A stretch of 62,886 nt of DNA, counting the filler. It is 6 parts of 6 records of this genome, joined end to end, with 100 filler letters (N's around TTAATTAATTAA, not from the genome) between each part and the next. Parts side by side here need not be neighbours in the genome. Positions count along the whole stretch, not along the records: positions 54,205 to 62,886 come from SRR31147125_2597; 5 more parts are not named here. One strand, given 5' to 3'. Shown here one piece after another: positions 61,012-62,886 of the stretch. Below the pieces are notes generated by a model that had not been told where the DNA came from, did not search any database, and saw only the letters and a list, made by a program, of their open reading frames with translations. Both the position numbers and the translations under genes were made by a program. Numbering within the stretch: position 1 is the stretch's first letter; each line of letters begins with the position of its first letter.

Positions 61012-61875
61012 CTATTTTTCTGGATCAAACCAATAACTTTCATTATCAAATGGGATGTCATCGGGTAAAAGAGGATTTTTTATTTTAAATATTTTTCTGT
61101 TAGAAAAATCAGCTTTTTTTATTGTATCACCATGATATTCAAGCCAAATTTTATCAAATGAACCATCATTAATCATGATAGTTAGTCCTTTTTCTAATCT
61201 TTCTGCAAGTAGAGTATTCTTTTTTGATGTATAGAAATACCTAGGAAGTGGGTAATATAGACAAAGAGTCTTTTCGACACTTAGATTTTTTATATCTGGA
61301 CGAGCTTCCTGTTCTACAAAAGCCTCATGGGGACCTCTGGAGAATAGATCAAAACGACCTAACATTAGCATGCCAAATAGTCCTTCATAGCTTATTCCTT
61401 TAACTACTTTGAAATCATTATACTCAAGGATTTCTACATCTGTCCATGATTTTTCTTGTCCTATAGAGTATTTTTTTAATTCTTCAAGATTACTTATCTG
61501 TGAAAATTCCTCTTGCTTACGGCTGTCAATCAGAAATAATCTATAACCAAATAGCCCTTTATGTAATGGGATTTTGATTGGCAGAAGAGTTTCATTTCTT
61601 TCTTTGGTAACTGAAGTTTCAAAGATAAAGTTTTCCAGTGTTTCAATATAATTAGGTAAACTAGCTCTACCAAGGTTCATTTTGAGGGTAGGAACTATTT
61701 CAAAGTCTCCATACTCTTCATGTGTTTTTTCCATGGCGGTTCTGACAAGCGCTATTGAATACTCATGCCTAGTATCTCTCTCCGACAGTGGTGGTCTGTA
61801 AGTGATTGTCATAATGTCACTGAGTGTTGGAGAAAAGCCAACAACTAATAGAAAAATAAGGATAGCTTTTTTCAT
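61012..61875 (-). CDS. extracellular solute-binding protein, family 3-like (paralogue 3)
   Basis: Same motifs; GQEKSWTD variant. Confidence 0.8.
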   Translation of the reverse strand: MKKAILIFLLVVGFSPTLSDIMTITYRPPLSERDTRHEYSIALVRTAMEKTHEEYGDFEIVPTLKMNLGRASLPNYIETLENFIFETSVTKERNETLLPIKIPLHKGLFGYRLFLIDSRKQEEFSQISNLEELKKYSIGQEKSWTDVEILEYNDFKVVKGISYEGLFGMLMLGRFDLFSRGPHEAFVEQEARPDIKNLSVEKTLCLYYPLPRYFYTSKKNTLLAERLEKGLTIMINDGSFDKIWLEYHGDTIKKADFSNRKIFKIKNPLLPDDIPFDNESYWFDPEK

Positions 61876-61982
61876 AATTTGATCTCCTTTCGTATTACAG
61901 ATGTTTACTCATTTATTAATTTATTTATATTATACTATAATTGAGTGCTAAAAAACTTACAAATATTATTTTTAATATAAAT

Positions 61983-62028
61983 AAAAAATAGCCAAGTGTT
62001 GTTATTAGTTTAAACAATACCTGGCTAT
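61983..62028 (-). terminator. intrinsic terminator of IclR gene
   Basis: Minus-strand ATAGCCAGGTATTGTT/AACAACACTTGGCTAT stem then T6. Confidence 0.65.
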
Positions 62029-62050
62029 ATTTTTATTTGATTAATGTTAA

Positions 62051-62797
62051 CTAATATCCTAATTTTTTTGAGATATACTTACTTGTTTTTAATAACTCTG
62101 ATGATTCGAAATCAAGATCTCTCTTCTCTGTATAAAGTCCAGATATACTGATAGCACCAACTACTTCATGATCATAATTAAATATTGGAGCTCCTATACA
62201 GAGCATATGCTCCTCTACCTCTCTATGGTCGATTGAATAACCTCTGTCTCTTATTCTTTCGAGGTCTTTGATTAACTCCTCTTTTGACAGTGAGAACTCA
62301 GTTTTCTTTTCAAAAGACTGTATATCGATAAGTCTCTCTCTTTTACTTCTTTTATAATAAGCTAACATAGCCTTACCTAATGAGGTACAATACATAGGAT
62401 TAGTACTCCCAACACCAGAAGTTGTTATAATTGACTTTTCAGGTTCATATTTAGACATATAAACTATCTCTCCTGATTTTTCTATTGCATAAAATACAAC
62501 CTGCCCGGTTTTGTCAGCTAGTTCCTGTAGAGGTTTCTTGATTATATCAAAGATCTCCTTATTTATAGAGTAGCTGTTTCCTATTTGATAACTTTTTAGT
62601 CCAATTTTATAGATGTTCTCCTCAATAAATACTTTCTCTAACATTCCTAAATGGACAAGTGTTTCTAGGATATCATAGGCACTTGTTTTTGGTATCTGCA
62701 TTTTATCTATTATCTGTTTGATTGATAGCCCGTTTTTCTCTTTTGATAAAATCTCCATGATCTGTACGGATCTCTCTACCGTTCTGTTTATTTTCAT
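62051..62797 (-). CDS. IclR-family transcriptional regulator
   Basis: TVERSVQIME, IPKTSAYDIL, CTSLGKAMLA, RGYSID..E..CIGAPIF, GAISISG. Confidence 0.92.
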   Translation of the reverse strand: MKINRTVERSVQIMEILSKEKNGLSIKQIIDKMQIPKTSAYDILETLVHLGMLEKVFIEENIYKIGLKSYQIGNSYSINKEIFDIIKKPLQELADKTGQVVFYAIEKSGEIVYMSKYEPEKSIITTSGVGSTNPMYCTSLGKAMLAYYKRSKRERLIDIQSFEKKTEFSLSKEELIKDLERIRDRGYSIDHREVEEHMLCIGAPIFNYDHEVVGAISISGLYTEKRDLDFESSELLKTSKYISKKLGY

Positions 62798-62862
62798 AAA
62801 ATTCCTCACTTGAAATATAAAATTATCATTTATTTAAGCTTATATATTTAAGTTTGTAGAGC

Positions 62863-62886
62863 GTAGGGGCAATTCATGAATTGCCC
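62863..62886. repeat. GTAG-type REP palindrome
   Basis: GTAG + GGGCAATTCATGAATTGCCC perfect palindrome at the window end. Confidence 0.7.

Overview
The window is not one locus. It is six unrelated contigs joined by artificial N44-TTAATTAATTAA-N44 linkers (8943-9042, 15781-15880, 22704-22803, 32209-32308, 54105-54204), so gene context is only meaningful within a contig. Many genes carry single-base losses in homopolymers that look like sequencing error. Contigs 1-3 (1-22703) look like Bacteroidota polysaccharide-utilisation DNA: CAZymes (GH29-like, GH115-like, GH28, GH43s), a TonB receptor paired with a T9SS-secreted protein instead of SusD, and an HTCS-SusC-SusD-GH43 arabinan-type PUL. Contig 4 (22804-32208) carries a phosphodiesterase, a radical SAM enzyme, a degenerate sigma54-type activator coupled to thiE-thiD, a class IV aminotransferase and a catalytically eroded PabB/TrpE homologue. 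Contig 5 (32309-54104, Clostridia-like) is the richest. It is a signalling island with an FHA/EssC-like gene, two PP2C phosphatases, a vWA-TM-FHA protein, a LytTR regulator, two GHKL kinases, two receptor Ser/Thr kinases (RCC1-like and giant LRR ectodomains), two TIR-TM-TPR-RCC1 'Toll-like' receptors and a SLATT-like membrane protein. Contig 6 (54205-62886, Fusobacteriota-like) has the trailer end of a CRISPR array, a lipoprotein-lipase pair, an unannotated ~560-nt highly structured RNA with an internal antisense sRNA and attenuator ahead of an XRE gene, three orphan solute-binding paralogues, an IclR gene and a REP palindrome. Taxonomic labels and domain calls come from motif recognition by eye; no searches were run.
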